Made by a program: the position numbers and the translations under genes. DNA of 64,000 bases from the NCBI GenBank assembly GCA_963768845.1, contig CAVYJJ010000014.1:201371-265370 (forward strand), read 5' to 3'. Each line of letters begins with the position of its first letter. Within the stretch, counting starts at the first letter, position 1. This document shows, piece by piece, positions 23,111 to 34,587 of the stretch. This DNA is from an uncultured Methanoregulaceae archaeon (GTDB taxonomy: Archaea > Halobacteriota > Methanomicrobia > Methanomicrobiales > Methanospirillaceae). A model generated the notes under the pieces. That model had not been told where the DNA came from, did no database searches, and was given only the letters and a program-made list of their open reading frames with translations.

Positions 23111-23710
23111 TTGGTCTCGGACTTGGCCCGGGAAATCCTGAACTGCTCACGCTGCGGGCTGTACGCCTCCTTAAAGAAGCTGACCAGGTATTTGTACCAG
23201 GACGAATTGCAAAAGACCTTGTCGCTCCCTACCGTGAGGCGACTGTGCTCGACTTCCCCATGACTGATGATGAATCACGAATCCGGCAGTGTCTTTTAGA
23301 GAATGCTGACAAAATAGCCCCTGCTGCACAGGAGGGTCTTGTGGTTTTTGGTATTCTCGGGAGATCCGAATTTTTTCTCCACATTTTCCCGGTTATGCAG
23401 TATCATGTCAGAAAAATACCCTGCCGTAAAGTTCCGGACAGAACCGGGGATCAGCTCAATTACTGCGTTTGCGGCGGCCGCCGGAATCTCTGTTGATGAC
23501 AGCTTTATCGTATCCGACGGGCAGATGCCCGACTCGAGGATCCTCCTCAAGGTCCGTTGTCCTAAAGAAAAAGCTGATGAACTCCGCAAACAAGGCTATA
23601 ACGAGTTTATTCTGGTCGAACGGATGTACTTTGCAGACATGAAAGTGTACCGCAACGAAGAGCTTCCGGAAAAAAGCGATTACCTGAGCGTCATGTATGC
23701 GAGGCGTTAA
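23104..23710 (+). CDS. cbiL: Cobalt-factor II C20-methyltransferase (frameshift near 23362)
   Basis: GLGLGPGNPELLT, LDFPM, GDPNFFSTF, EPGISS. Confidence 0.88.
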
Positions 23711-23711
23711 A

Positions 23712-24431
23712 ATGGGAGCAAAGGTCTGGTTCGTGGGAGCTGGTCCAGGAAATCCTGAGTTGATTACCGTCAAGGGTCTTTCGCTTCTCAAAGAAGCTGA
23801 TGTTCTTATCTATGCGGGATCTCTTGTCAATCCTGAACTTATAGCCCAGTCCAAGGCTGCGATCAAACTCGATAGCTGGGGCATGACACGGGAGGAAATT
23901 ATCGCAACAATGGAATCACCGGCCAAGTCAGGAAAAACAGTAGTCAGGCTTCATTCCGGCGATCCCTCCCTCTACGGGGCAATAATCGAGCAAATTGAAG
24001 AACTGGAGAGACTGGGTATCACCGTAGAGATTGTTCCCGGAGTTTCATCACTCTTCGCAGCCGCAGCCGCTTTGGGATCCCAGCTTACGCTTCGGGGTGT
24101 TTCTGAAAGCCTGATTGTAACCCGGCCGGCAGGAAAAACGCTTGATCACGATCAGATTAAAGAACTCTCAACACTCGGCGTCACCATGGTTGTCTTTCTT
24201 GGTACTGAGAAACTTGACGAGATCACAAAAAAACTCGCCTGTCCTGAAAATACCCCGGCAGCAGTGGTTTATCATGCATCCTGGCCTGATCAGAAGATCG
24301 TACGTGGTACAGTTTCTGATATTGCCCAAAAAGCGCATAATGAGGGGATCGACCACACGGCACTTCTCATCATCGGTGGTGTGGTGGATCCCTGCAGAAA
24401 AGGATATACGAGGTCCTATCTCTACTCATGA
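23712..24431 (+). CDS. cbiF: Cobalt-precorrin-4 C11-methyltransferase
   Basis: VGAGPGNPELITVKG, YAGSLVN, RLHSGDPSLYGA, HASWPDQ, SYLYS. Confidence 0.93.
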   Translation: MGAKVWFVGAGPGNPELITVKGLSLLKEADVLIYAGSLVNPELIAQSKAAIKLDSWGMTREEIIATMESPAKSGKTVVRLHSGDPSLYGAIIEQIEELERLGITVEIVPGVSSLFAAAAALGSQLTLRGVSESLIVTRPAGKTLDHDQIKELSTLGVTMVVFLGTEKLDEITKKLACPENTPAAVVYHASWPDQKIVRGTVSDIAQKAHNEGIDHTALLIIGGVVDPCRKGYTRSYLYS

Positions 24432-25300
24432 CCGATACCATTGTCATCGCACTTCCCCGTTTCATGGTTGATGCAAAAAAAATTGCAGATTTTCTCGGTG
24501 CTGACATCCGTGAATATACCCCGGATATTTTTTTTGAGGTTTTTCCTCACATGCGACGTATTATCGCTGTCATGTCGATGGGAATTGTAGTACGGAGGAT
24601 CGCACCGCTTATTCACGATAAATGGAATGATCCCGCTGTTGTCGTAGTGAGTCCTGATCTTACCTATGCTATTCCGGTACTTGGAGGTCATCATGGTGCA
24701 AATGAACTGGCGAAAGAATTGTCGGTTCTTGGTATCCAACCGGTTATCACGACCGCTACTGAAGTTGCCGGCAGGGATTCGGTGGAATTGATTGCACAAA
24801 GAAAAGGGTGTGATATCGTCAACAGGGAATCAACAAGGAAGGTGAATGCTGCCATCCTTGAAACAGATGTACCGGTATTTGCCGTGAAAGGTCCCGGTAT
24901 CGTCATTGCAGGACCCGACGTGTCAATTTTGGTGAAGAATGGTGAATTCACGGTCGGGGTCGGCTGTCGTAAAGGAGTGCAATCCAAAGAAGTAGTGGAC
25001 GCCATCAGGAATGCACTTAAAGAATCCGGAATTGCAGAAAGCGATGTGCTGGTCTATGCGACGACGAGGAAAAAAAGCGGGGAAGCCGGACTCTCTGATG
25101 CAATCTCTGCGTTATCTGGAAATTTAATATTCCTTGACGATGAAACAATAAACGCACAGAAGGGGATTACACCATCCCGGGCTACAAAAATCGGGCTTCG
25201 CGGCGTTGCCGAGCCTTGTGCACTTGCCGTTGCAAAGAAAAAGCACCTTATTATGAGAAAAAAAGTATACGGGAGGGTTACGGTTGCCATCGCACATTGA
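24428..25300 (+). CDS. cbiG: Cobalt-precorrin-5A hydrolase
   Basis: GIVVR, DPAVVVV, GGHHGAN, VITTAT, VGVGCRKG, GVAEPCAL. Confidence 0.93.
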   Translation: MTDTIVIALPRFMVDAKKIADFLGADIREYTPDIFFEVFPHMRRIIAVMSMGIVVRRIAPLIHDKWNDPAVVVVSPDLTYAIPVLGGHHGANELAKELSVLGIQPVITTATEVAGRDSVELIAQRKGCDIVNRESTRKVNAAILETDVPVFAVKGPGIVIAGPDVSILVKNGEFTVGVGCRKGVQSKEVVDAIRNALKESGIAESDVLVYATTRKKSGEAGLSDAISALSGNLIFLDDETINAQKGITPSRATKIGLRGVAEPCALAVAKKKHLIMRKKVYGRVTVAIAH

Positions 25301-26067
25301 ACCGCCAGGGAAGGCTCGCTATCGTCGGGCTGGGGCCCGGACTCAGGGAATATATGTCTCCCCGGGCGCTCAACGTGATTGCCGGGTCAGAGTACGTTAT
25401 AGGTAATGCATTGTATCTTGATCCTATTGAACCGTTGCTGGCCGGTAAAAACGTGATACGGAGCTCGATGGGAAAAGAAGTAGAGCGGGCAAAACAGGCA
25501 ATCGACCTTGCAAAATCCCATATAGTTGCTATTGTCTCCGGGGGAGATGCCGGAATATATGGAATGGCGAGCATTGTCTTAGAAGTCCTTGAGCACTCCG
25601 GTGAACATATCGATGTTGAAGTAATACCCGGAATCACAGCGGCAAATGCCGCTGCATCACGGGTAGGATCTCCGCTCTCAGGTGATTTTGCAGTGATAAG
25701 TTTGTCTGATCTCCTGACTCCGCTTGAAATAATTGAACAGAGGCTTGACGCAATCTTTTCTGTAGGTATTCCGGTCGTGCTCTACAACCCGAAGAGCCGG
25801 GGCAGGCCACATAATTTTGCGCTCGCAGTTGAACATGCCCGCAGGTATCTTGATGCAAAAACTCCTGTAGCAATCATTAAAAATGCATTGCGCGAGGGTG
25901 AGGAAGTGATTACCACTACCCTTGAGAACATCGATTCGATGGAACACATCATTGATATGCATACGACCGTAATTGTTGGCGGGAAGGAGAGCAGGATATG
26001 GAGGATGGGTGAAGATGTCAAAGGAATTATTACGCCACGGGGATACCACCGCAAATACGTATATTGA
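25297..26067 (+). CDS. cbiH: Cobalt-precorrin-3B C17-methyltransferase
   Basis: VGLGPG, SGGDAGIYGMA, DFAVISLSDLLTP, LYNPKS, ITPRGY; TTG start overlaps the cbiG stop. Confidence 0.92.
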   Translation: MNRQGRLAIVGLGPGLREYMSPRALNVIAGSEYVIGNALYLDPIEPLLAGKNVIRSSMGKEVERAKQAIDLAKSHIVAIVSGGDAGIYGMASIVLEVLEHSGEHIDVEVIPGITAANAAASRVGSPLSGDFAVISLSDLLTPLEIIEQRLDAIFSVGIPVVLYNPKSRGRPHNFALAVEHARRYLDAKTPVAIIKNALREGEEVITTTLENIDSMEHIIDMHTTVIVGGKESRIWRMGEDVKGIITPRGYHRKYVY

Positions 26068-26693
26068 TCCCGGTGCAGAAACCAGGGAAGCATACGATAT
26101 ATCGAAAAAATCGCGAACGCTCGCTCGCTCTATAGTGGGCAACGAGAACAGGGAGGACCGTATACGGCAGAGATGTTCAGTCGCTGTCGGGGATTTTGGT
26201 ATGGCTGACCTCATGCGGTTCTCCCATAATCCGGTTGCTGCGACACTCAGTGCACTTCTTAAGGGTGCTCCAATTATTACCGATATCCGGATGGTTCAGG
26301 TTGGCATCCTGAAAAAGGGACATACCAGCGAAGTCTCTGTGTGCACTCGATTTCGGTGCAGAGATCGCCCATGCACGAGGAATTACCCGCAGTTCAGCCG
26401 TTTTTTTCGCGCTCAGGGAAAAACTCAACGGATCGATTGTCGTTATTGGCAATGCGCCCTCCGCACTTCTGACACTGTGTGAAATGGTTAAAAAAGGGAT
26501 ACGCCCTGCGGTAATCATCGGGGTTCCGGTGGGGTTTGTCAATGCAGCGGAGTCTAAGGAATTGCTGCGCACGATTGATATACCTTCCATTTCTACTGAA
26601 GGAACTCGCGGTGGCACACCGGTCGCAGTTGCGGCGATAAACGAGTGCATCATAGTATTTATTGAAGGCACTGAAGATGAGAGACCCGGTTAA
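26015..26693 (+). CDS. cbiC: Cobalt-precorrin-8 methylmutase (frameshift near 26340)
   Basis: IITDIRMVQVGI, IGNAPSAL, IGVPVGFVNAAESKE, GTRGGTPVAVA. Confidence 0.9.
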
Positions 26694-27681
26694 CAGCTTT
26701 GATTATCCGGAAGCGTGGGTGAAGAGTTGTTCAACCCCGGATTTGCTGCCTCTGGTGGAGAATGGACTGGCAGTCCTTACTGCTTCAGGTACAGTAATCC
26801 GCCGGGGATTTACCACAGGAACAACTGCGGCAGCGGTGTGCAAAGCTGCAATCCTTTCCCTTGCCGGTGATGTGACCTCAGTTCCTGTTGACCTGCCCTG
26901 TGGACTTACCGTACAGGTAACGGTATCCGGATCAGCCGGAACCGCGACTGCAAAGAAATTTGCCGGAGATTATCCTGAGGATGTTACAGCCGGATGTGAG
27001 TTTGTCGCACAGGCAACTTACCAGCCATCAGGAGTTCGGTTTGTGCCCGGTGCAGGTATCGGAAGGTTTTCACGCGATACACCCCGTTTTCGTAAGGACG
27101 AACCTGCTATCAGCCCTGCACCCCTTGATTGTATCCTCCGTTCGATCCATGATGCAATGGATAAGACCGGGTGCCCGGGCATCCAGGTTACCCTCCGGAT
27201 TCCCCATGGGGCCGAAATTGCGAAAAAAACCCTCAATTCCCGGGTAGGTATTGAGGGAGGAATCTCTGTTCTGGGTACAACAGGTCTAGTAGAACCATGG
27301 GATGATCATCTTGAAGAATCAATCCGTCAGCGCGTATCTTCCTCCTGCAATGCACTGCTCACGACGGGACGTATCGGGCTCAGGTACGCGCGACTCCTGT
27401 ATCCGCAGTATGAAACCGTTCTTGTTGGCGGTAAAATAGGTGAAGCACTTGATGCAGCGAGGGGTGATGTGATCCTTTTTGGTCTGCCTGCACTGATATT
27501 AAAGTACATCAACCCGGACATCCTCGAAGGGACTGGATTTGCCACTATTGAGGAATTTTCAATTTCACCGGAATTTCATACTACTGTTCGGGAAAACCTC
27601 ATCAGATTCAAAAAAAAATACCCTCACATCAGGGTAGTACTGATAAACCGGAATGGTGTTATAATAGGAGAGAGCCCATGA
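26677..27681 (+). CDS. cbiD: Cobalt-precorrin-5B C1-methyltransferase
   Basis: RRGFTTGTTAAA, KFAGDYPEDVT, TLNSRVGIEGGISVLGTTGLVEP. Confidence 0.93.
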   Translation: MRDPVNSFDYPEAWVKSCSTPDLLPLVENGLAVLTASGTVIRRGFTTGTTAAAVCKAAILSLAGDVTSVPVDLPCGLTVQVTVSGSAGTATAKKFAGDYPEDVTAGCEFVAQATYQPSGVRFVPGAGIGRFSRDTPRFRKDEPAISPAPLDCILRSIHDAMDKTGCPGIQVTLRIPHGAEIAKKTLNSRVGIEGGISVLGTTGLVEPWDDHLEESIRQRVSSSCNALLTTGRIGLRYARLLYPQYETVLVGGKIGEALDAARGDVILFGLPALILKYINPDILEGTGFATIEEFSISPEFHTTVRENLIRFKKKYPHIRVVLINRNGVIIGESP

Positions 27682-28259
27682 AAATTGTAGGTGTCGGGTG
27701 CGGACCGGGGTTGCTCACCGAACAGGCGATCCGGGAGATATCCCGGGCAAAAATCATCTATGGATCAGATCGAGCGATCGAACTTGCACGGTCGTATATT
27801 TCTTTTCATTGCACGGTAAAAACAATCGATGATTTCAAAAAACTGGACACACTTGCCAAAGACGCAGTTATTTTATCAACCGGAGATCCCATGCTCGCGG
27901 GACTCGGGTATCTTTCCGGTGAGGTAATACCAGGAATATCTTCCCTCCAGGTAGCTGCAGCCCGCCTTCGCATCCCTTTATCACGGATATCAGTAGTTGT
28001 GGCACATGGCAAGGGACATGAAAAAGGAATGAAGGATACAGTTGATGAGATAGTACGGGGGAAGATCGTTTTTCTCCTGGCCGATCCAAAATTTGATGTC
28101 CTGTCATTGTTCAATCAGCTTTCATCGCTTTGTCTGCCCATGAAGATTGCACTCTGCGAAAATCTTGGATATCCTGAAGAGCAGATTCTTATCAGGGATA
28201 TTCAATCACCACCCCAACCTGCTGAAGCGCTCTATTCCCTTGTTATCGGGAATTTCTGA
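27678..28259 (+). CDS. cbiE: Cobalt-precorrin-7 C5-methyltransferase
   Basis: IVGVGCGPG, LSTGDPMLAG, PGISSLQ, CENLGYPEE. Confidence 0.9.
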   Translation: MKIVGVGCGPGLLTEQAIREISRAKIIYGSDRAIELARSYISFHCTVKTIDDFKKLDTLAKDAVILSTGDPMLAGLGYLSGEVIPGISSLQVAAARLRIPLSRISVVVAHGKGHEKGMKDTVDEIVRGKIVFLLADPKFDVLSLFNQLSSLCLPMKIALCENLGYPEEQILIRDIQSPPQPAEALYSLVIGNF

Positions 28260-28267
28260 CTTATCAG

Positions 28268-28306
28268 TGTTTCGGGAATGACAAACCCGAAACAGCAACC
28301 TTTTTT
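28268..28306 (+). terminator. Hairpin plus U-tract after the cbi operon
   Basis: Perfect 9-bp inverted repeat TGTTTCGGG / CCCGAAACA (28268-28294) followed by a T run. Confidence 0.55.
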
Positions 28307-28341
28307 CCTGCCAGATTGGATATTTCATGAAAGGTGTTTCC

Positions 28342-28518
28342 ATGGATAAAGCAACAAAAAAGCAGATTAGTATCGTGTCGTTAATTATCGGAGTAATTAT
28401 GCTCTTTATTCCCTATTTGAAGTCGTTTGATTCAATATTTCCAGGAATATCCCAGTATTTCAGCATTATGTTTTATGGGGGACTGTTGCTGGTGATTATC
28501 GGGTACTACCTCAAATAA
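28342..28518 (+). CDS. Small two-TM membrane protein
   Basis: MDKATKKQISIVSLIIGVIMLFIPY...FYGGLLLVIIGYYLK; AAGGTG upstream. Confidence 0.55.
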   Translation: MDKATKKQISIVSLIIGVIMLFIPYLKSFDSIFPGISQYFSIMFYGGLLLVIIGYYLK

Positions 28519-28548
28519 TCGGGTATCTTCAGATTGTGGAGATATCCA

Positions 28549-29076
28549 TTATTTTTTCTTAAAATCATCTTTATCAGGTTGTTTACCTTCTTCAATTTTA
28601 ATTTCACACTGACGATCTCCAGTACACATTGTCCTGACAAAACGGGCGGAATAGTTTTTATTCAACCGGGGTATGGTAGTCAGAGTTAATGCCATACATT
28701 TATGAAAAGTATTAGGGTCACCAACCCCGATATCGACAGTACTGGCCGGCAGAGGACATCGTTTTACAAGCACTACCGCACCACTTTCGGATATTTCTAG
28801 GGTTTCAGATTTGTATTCCGGACCAAAGAGAATAGCCATCACAACCCGCAGGCTGTCGGCAAGATCCTTCGCATTATCAGTGGGAAGTGAAAGGTCGCGA
28901 ACAATTCCAAAAGCCATATGGGAGAGTTCTATCCAGATATTCTGCTCGATTTCATCGTATCTCTCCCCGACAATACCCCGGTATGCATTATCATAAAGTG
29001 CGGGAAGAAGTGCTGCAAGGTTAGCAGCAAGTCGCCATTTCACTTCATCGGGAACAGATTTCAGTTCTGGCACCAA
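28549..29076 (-). CDS. V4R / ATC-hydrolase-like Cys-motif ligand-binding protein
   Basis: KRCP...HKC...TMCTGDRQCEI pattern. Confidence 0.6.
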   Translation of the reverse strand: MVPELKSVPDEVKWRLAANLAALLPALYDNAYRGIVGERYDEIEQNIWIELSHMAFGIVRDLSLPTDNAKDLADSLRVVMAILFGPEYKSETLEISESGAVVLVKRCPLPASTVDIGVGDPNTFHKCMALTLTTIPRLNKNYSARFVRTMCTGDRQCEIKIEEGKQPDKDDFKKK

Positions 29077-29259
29077 GAATCCCTCCTTACCCGGTTTTAT
29101 GGTTGAAACGGCTTATCAATTCATTGGTTGAGGACTCATCAGGTTTTACATAAAAGAATAAAATTCCCACAGTACTCTTTTTTTAAGGATGATTTGTTAT
29201 ATTATTAAAGTATTTTAAATAATAATTAATAATTGCCGATTCTATTATTTCAACTGTAT

Positions 29260-32200
29260 ATGATACTCGATCAAGAAAAGATCGGAAGGATTAAAAAACT
29301 CCTGAAATTTAAACCACGGGGCATGAGCATATCGGAGATAGCCCTGCAGCTCCATTTGAACAGGAACTCGGTTGCAAAATATCTCGAAATTCTGTTAATG
29401 AATGGAGAAGTTGAAGCAAAGAAACTGGGGACCTCAAAAGTATATACTGTTACACAGCGTGTCCCGGTTTCCGGATGGATCAGTTTCTCCTCGGACATGA
29501 TTATAATAATCAATCCAGAAGGACAGGTATTACAGGCAAATGACTCGTTCCTTCAGTTCTGCGATAAAACATTTGAGGGGATTATCGGGAAACATATCAA
29601 GGATTTAAATAACCCGCTTTTTAAAGACGTCCCGATCGATAATTTCCTTATAGAATCCCATGAAAAAAAGACGGAATATTTTGAAATCTCTGTTGACCTT
29701 AATGAGACCAGGAAATATTTCAAGGGAAAACTGGTGCCTATTATTTTTGATGATGGAGATAAGGGAATTTTAATTATTTTTGAAGATATTTCCGATAGCA
29801 AACAGGTAGAAATAATTCTTGCCGAACGTGAAAAACAATACCGTGCAGTTATAGAGAATATTCAGGATGTTTTTTATCGTTCTGATAAAAGCGGAAACCT
29901 GATTATGGCAAGTCCCAGCTGGGCATCAATGTTAGGGTATAATACCTTGGAGGAGTGTCTTGGGAAGAATATTGCGGAGATATTTTACTGGGAACCGGAA
30001 AAACGAAAACAATTTCTCGATGTCGTATACTCGAAAGGACATGTGGATGATTATGAAGTTGTCCTTAAAACGAAAGATGGCCGGCCGTTTTATGTTTCAA
30101 CCAACAGTCATCTTTATTTCGATAATTCAGGTAATATACTGGGTGTTGAAGGCATCTTCCGGGATATCAACGAGCGACATGCGTCCGCAGAAAAAATCCG
30201 GAGTTATATTTCCAGTATGGAATTTTTTTCCAAAGCATTACAGGAATTTATCGAATTACCTCCCGATGCCGATATTTTTGAAAAGATCGCCAACGATTTG
30301 CATTCACTGATACCCGGCGCGATGATAGATGTCAATTCATATAATTCTCAAACTGGAATTGTAACAGTGAAATCGGTAATTCCTCTAAAGGACAGGAAAA
30401 TCTGTGAAAAGATTCTTGGTATAAATATACTGGGTCTTGATCTTCCTATACATCCTGTCGCACTCAGAGCATTAAGCGACGGTCATCTGTATAAGATGAA
30501 TGTCTCATTATTTGAGGGTACATTCCGGGTACTTCCGATTAAGACGTGCGAACAGATCGAACGTGCGCTTAATCTGGGGGATAATTATTGCATGGGGTTT
30601 GCTCACAGAAAAAATCTTTTTGGAGCTGTTGCCATTTATCTCTATAAAGAGGAAAAAATTGCAGATACAAAATTTATTGAAACCTATGCCCGGACAGACT
30701 TCTATTGCTCTCCAGCGACGACTTATACAGAATTCACTTGTGGAGAGCGAGGAGATTTTCCAGAGTGTTGCACGGGAGTCACCATTTCCCCTGGCAATCG
30801 TAGATAATGGAGGAAACTTTCGTTATATCAACCGAAGTTTTACCAGAGTTTTTGGTTACGATTTAGATGATTTCAAAACGGGCAGGCAGTGGTTCTTACT
30901 TATCTTTCCCGAACCCGAATACCGGAAAAATGCGGTTAAATTATGGAAATCTGATATTGCGTCCTTTCCTGAGCAGGGAACTGTACCTCGGGAATTTGTT
31001 GTGCAGTGCAAGGACGGAACAAGTAAAAATGTCATCTTCAGGGCAATGTTACTTTCAAACAAGGAAAAATGCATAATCTGCGAGGATATTACCGACTTCC
31101 GTGATTCAGAACAGATGAAAAAACTGTTGTCCTGCATAGTCAGTTCATCCTATGATGCAATAATCGGAAAAAAAATTGATGGCACTATTATCAGCTGGAA
31201 TAAGGCTGCAGAAGACATGTTCAGGTATTCATATGAGGAGATACTTGGGAAAAATATCTCGCTGATTGTTCCCTATGAGCGCAGAAAGGAGCTCGAAAAT
31301 ATCCTGAAACAGATTTCATGTGGGCAGGGAATCTCCAACCTTGAGACACAGCGGGTAAGAAAAGACGGTTCCCTGCTTGATGTCTCGGTAACCATCTCAC
31401 CTATTATTGATGATTCCGGTAACGTAATCGGCGCTTCGACAATTTCCCGGGACATCAGCTCAAAAAAATTAGAAGACCTCCTCAGGGATAAGGATACATA
31501 TCTGACTCTTGTTGATACAATCGATGTGGGACTGTTCCAGAGCACCGGTGATCTGAAAGGACGATTTGTCTGGGGGAACGCGTCGCTTCTGAGAATTCTG
31601 GGATTTCCTACTCTTGAAAAACTCCAACAAGTTGATGTTGCTGATATATTTACAGAACCAGAGGGAAGAAGAGAACTGCTCGATGAACTTAAAATGGCTG
31701 GCTTTGTGAAAAATAAGGAGATTTCACTTCGAAAAACTGATAGGAGCAGCCTTTTTGTATCGATCACCGCTCAGGCAAAAATCGATCAGGCAGGACAAAT
31801 TGAGCACATCAACGGAATTATCGAAGACACCACCGATCAGAAACATACCTCATCACAACTTCGGGTTCTCCAGCACGAACTGGTGGATATTATCGAATTT
31901 TTACCGGATCCGGCATTTGTAATAGACCAGGAACATCGGGTAATAGCATGGAATTCCGCAATCGAACAGATGACCAGAGTCGATAAAAATAAAATTCTGG
32001 GGCATAATGATTTCTCTCACTCTTTCCCGTTTTATGGCACATCACGACTCACTCTCATAGATCTCGTGGAAAAGTCTGATGATGAGATTAAAAACTATTA
32101 TCCTCAAATGAAACATGACGGCAGATCACTGGTCGCAGAGATTTTTGTACCTTCATTGCATTCAGGTAATGGTGCATACCTCCTGGCCAGGGCTTCACCC

Positions 32201-32815
32201 CTCTATGATGATGAAGGGAGAAGAATTGGGGCAATTGAAGTTATCCGCGATATTTCACAAGTCAAAGAACTTCAGGAACTGCTTAAAAATACGAAAAATG
32301 GTTTTGTTTCAGAAACGCTCGGGAAAATTTCAACACCACATATCATAGACGGGGTTCATAAAGGCCAGGACGAAATTAAAACGCCGGGTGCCTTAAGCCT
32401 GCTCTACCTTTCCAATGCCCTGAAAATGGCTCACGATGCAATCACCATACTCGATTTGTCCGGACGGTGCATCTGGGTAAATGATACGTTTACAAATACC
32501 ATTTCAATAAAAAAGAACGATATACTGTTAGGGAAAAGTTTTGCCCAGTTTGTTGCACCCGAAGACAGAAAAATTGCGCTTGACAGCCTGATCGATGTGC
32601 GGAAGCGTGGGAATAAACGGATAGCACTTTCATTATTAACCACATCCGGCCGTATTCCAGCTGAAGCCTCTATGTCTTCAATTATTGATAATGAAGACGG
32701 ATTATTGGGATACATGACAATTATCCATAATATTGATCAAGATAAAAAAAAATACCCTTCCAAGAAGGATTCTTCAGAAAAACGACAAGGTGAAAAAAGA
32801 ATTACGAAAGTGTAG
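29260..32815 (+). CDS. wHTH plus multi-PAS/GAF sensor protein without kinase domain (frameshift near 30695)
   Basis: N-terminal HTH GMSISEIALQLHLNRNSVAKYL; repeated PAS S-boxes (SDMIIII, QDVFYRSD, SPFPLAIVD, YDAIIG...SWNKAAE, LPDPAFVID); no H-box or HATPase. Confidence 0.85.
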
Positions 32816-32826
32816 ATTTTTCAAAG

Positions 32827-33261
32827 TCAGGTTGTCATTACCTTTGCCGTTGATTCTTTGCCAACGGGAGCATTACTTTTTTGTGCTTCAGAAACTCTCA
32901 AAAGAGCCTCTTCAGCTGCGACTTTCACAAAACAATTGTCCCTGGTGCAGGTCCGGGTTAAGGCTTCTGTGGCACCAGGATGCCCGATATTACCGAGTGC
33001 ATATGCAGTAGCGAACCTCACATCCTGGTCTTGATCATCCAGCAGGGGTATAAGGCGTTCTATTGATCGAACATCCCCGATATTTCCCAGTGCATCAGCT
33101 GCCATATACCTTACCCACTTGTCTTCGTCATCCAGCGCCTTATGCAGGTAATCGATGGCGGGTTTCCCAAATTTTTCAAGGGCTATGACACGTGTCCATC
33201 GTTCCGGCTGATTTTTATCTTCGAGTTCGTGAAAAATTTTGTCCATGTATTTTTCCCCCAT
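32827..33261 (-). CDS. HEAT-repeat (PBS-lyase-like) protein
   Basis: LDDEDKWVRYMAADALGNIGD, LDDQDQDVRFATAYALGNIG. Confidence 0.9.
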   Translation of the reverse strand: MGEKYMDKIFHELEDKNQPERWTRVIALEKFGKPAIDYLHKALDDEDKWVRYMAADALGNIGDVRSIERLIPLLDDQDQDVRFATAYALGNIGHPGATEALTRTCTRDNCFVKVAAEEALLRVSEAQKSNAPVGKESTAKVMTT

Positions 33262-33585
33262 TCCCCGGTTTCCCGGGATGCATCTGAATCTCTGGGAGTG
33301 CATATTAAAAATTTGCCAGACGGGTATGCACGGCAGAATGAGTTGGATTTATATTTTTATAATAACTGCAGGATATTAGCATAATAAAATACGAATGTTC
33401 CAAAGGAATCCATAAATTGAGGAAAAAACTCATGCAAAAAAAGGGATCATAATAAAAGATATTAACTTTATACTCAAAGAAAAAAATCAAAAATAGCTGA
33501 TTATTTTAAAATTATAATAATAATGGTTAATATTTTAAATAAAAAAGTCAACGATTTATGGGAATAGTTTTTACTTTCATGAGGG

Positions 33586-34461
33586 TCAGTCAGATAAGAA
33601 AAACACGTTTTTATGACGGATGATAAATCCTTCAGAATGTAATGAATCCAGAATCCTTTTCATGCGTATTGGATCCTCATTGCATACACCAATAATTTTT
33701 TTTTCACTTGTACCAGGATTTTTTAATAGCGTCCTTATGACAATCCCACGAATTTTACGGTCTGACCCTTCGAATGGTGCCTGTTTTTTATAGTGTTTGC
33801 TTCGCCGGTTCGGGTTGGTAACTGTCTTTTTCAGGAGTGAACCAAAGTCCATCAATGCCCAATACCATACCCGGGGATTATCATAATATAATGCTTTTTC
33901 AACAACAGGCAAAATATCCTCATCGCTGACATTCTCAGTATCTCCAAAAAAAAAGTGAATAAAGACCCTTCGGATGTTAGTTTCTATAAAAACAACCGGA
34001 AGATTGAACGCGAATGCTGCGATGGATGATGCAGTTGCCTTGCCAATGCCGGGAAATGTAGCAAGGGTACTGACATCTTGAGGAAGCATACCGTTATATT
34101 CGTCCATAACCCGGATGGCACATTTCTGTAAAGCAATCGCCCGACGGTTGTAACCCAAACCCTGCCAGGCACCAAGAACAGATGATAATGAGGCTCCTGC
34201 AAGAATTGAAAAGTCCGGGAATATGCGGATAAATTCCGGAAATTTTGTAATGACCCTTCCAACCTGTGTCTGCTGGAGCATAATTTCTGATACGAGGATC
34301 TGGTAAGGATCAGTAGTGTTTCTCCATGGCATATCCCGACCGAACCGGTCGTAATGCGCCAGCACCATCTGCTGGAAATCCATTATGCCAGGACTGTAAC
34401 TGCCATCGTGTGAATATTGGAGAAAGGCAGGATCCGGCTTTTCCTGAACGGGTTTTTTCAT
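33586..34461 (-). CDS. mutY: HhH-GPD adenine DNA glycosylase, MutY-like, lacking the Fe-S motif
   Basis: RDMPWR, ILVSEIMLQQTQV, WQGLGYNRRA, FPGIGKATA. Confidence 0.8.
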   Translation of the reverse strand: MKKPVQEKPDPAFLQYSHDGSYSPGIMDFQQMVLAHYDRFGRDMPWRNTTDPYQILVSEIMLQQTQVGRVITKFPEFIRIFPDFSILAGASLSSVLGAWQGLGYNRRAIALQKCAIRVMDEYNGMLPQDVSTLATFPGIGKATASSIAAFAFNLPVVFIETNIRRVFIHFFFGDTENVSDEDILPVVEKALYYDNPRVWYWALMDFGSLLKKTVTNPNRRSKHYKKQAPFEGSDRKIRGIVIRTLLKNPGTSEKKIIGVCNEDPIRMKRILDSLHSEGFIIRHKNVFFLSD

Positions 34462-34587
34462 AATTGCATGTCAGAAAAAAATTTCTGGCTTGATCCAATC
34501 ATTTAGTCATAACAACGGATAATCATTCAGGTGGAAGCAATAATTGATGTCAGAGAAATCAGGAGGGAAATAAAATCACACCGTCAT

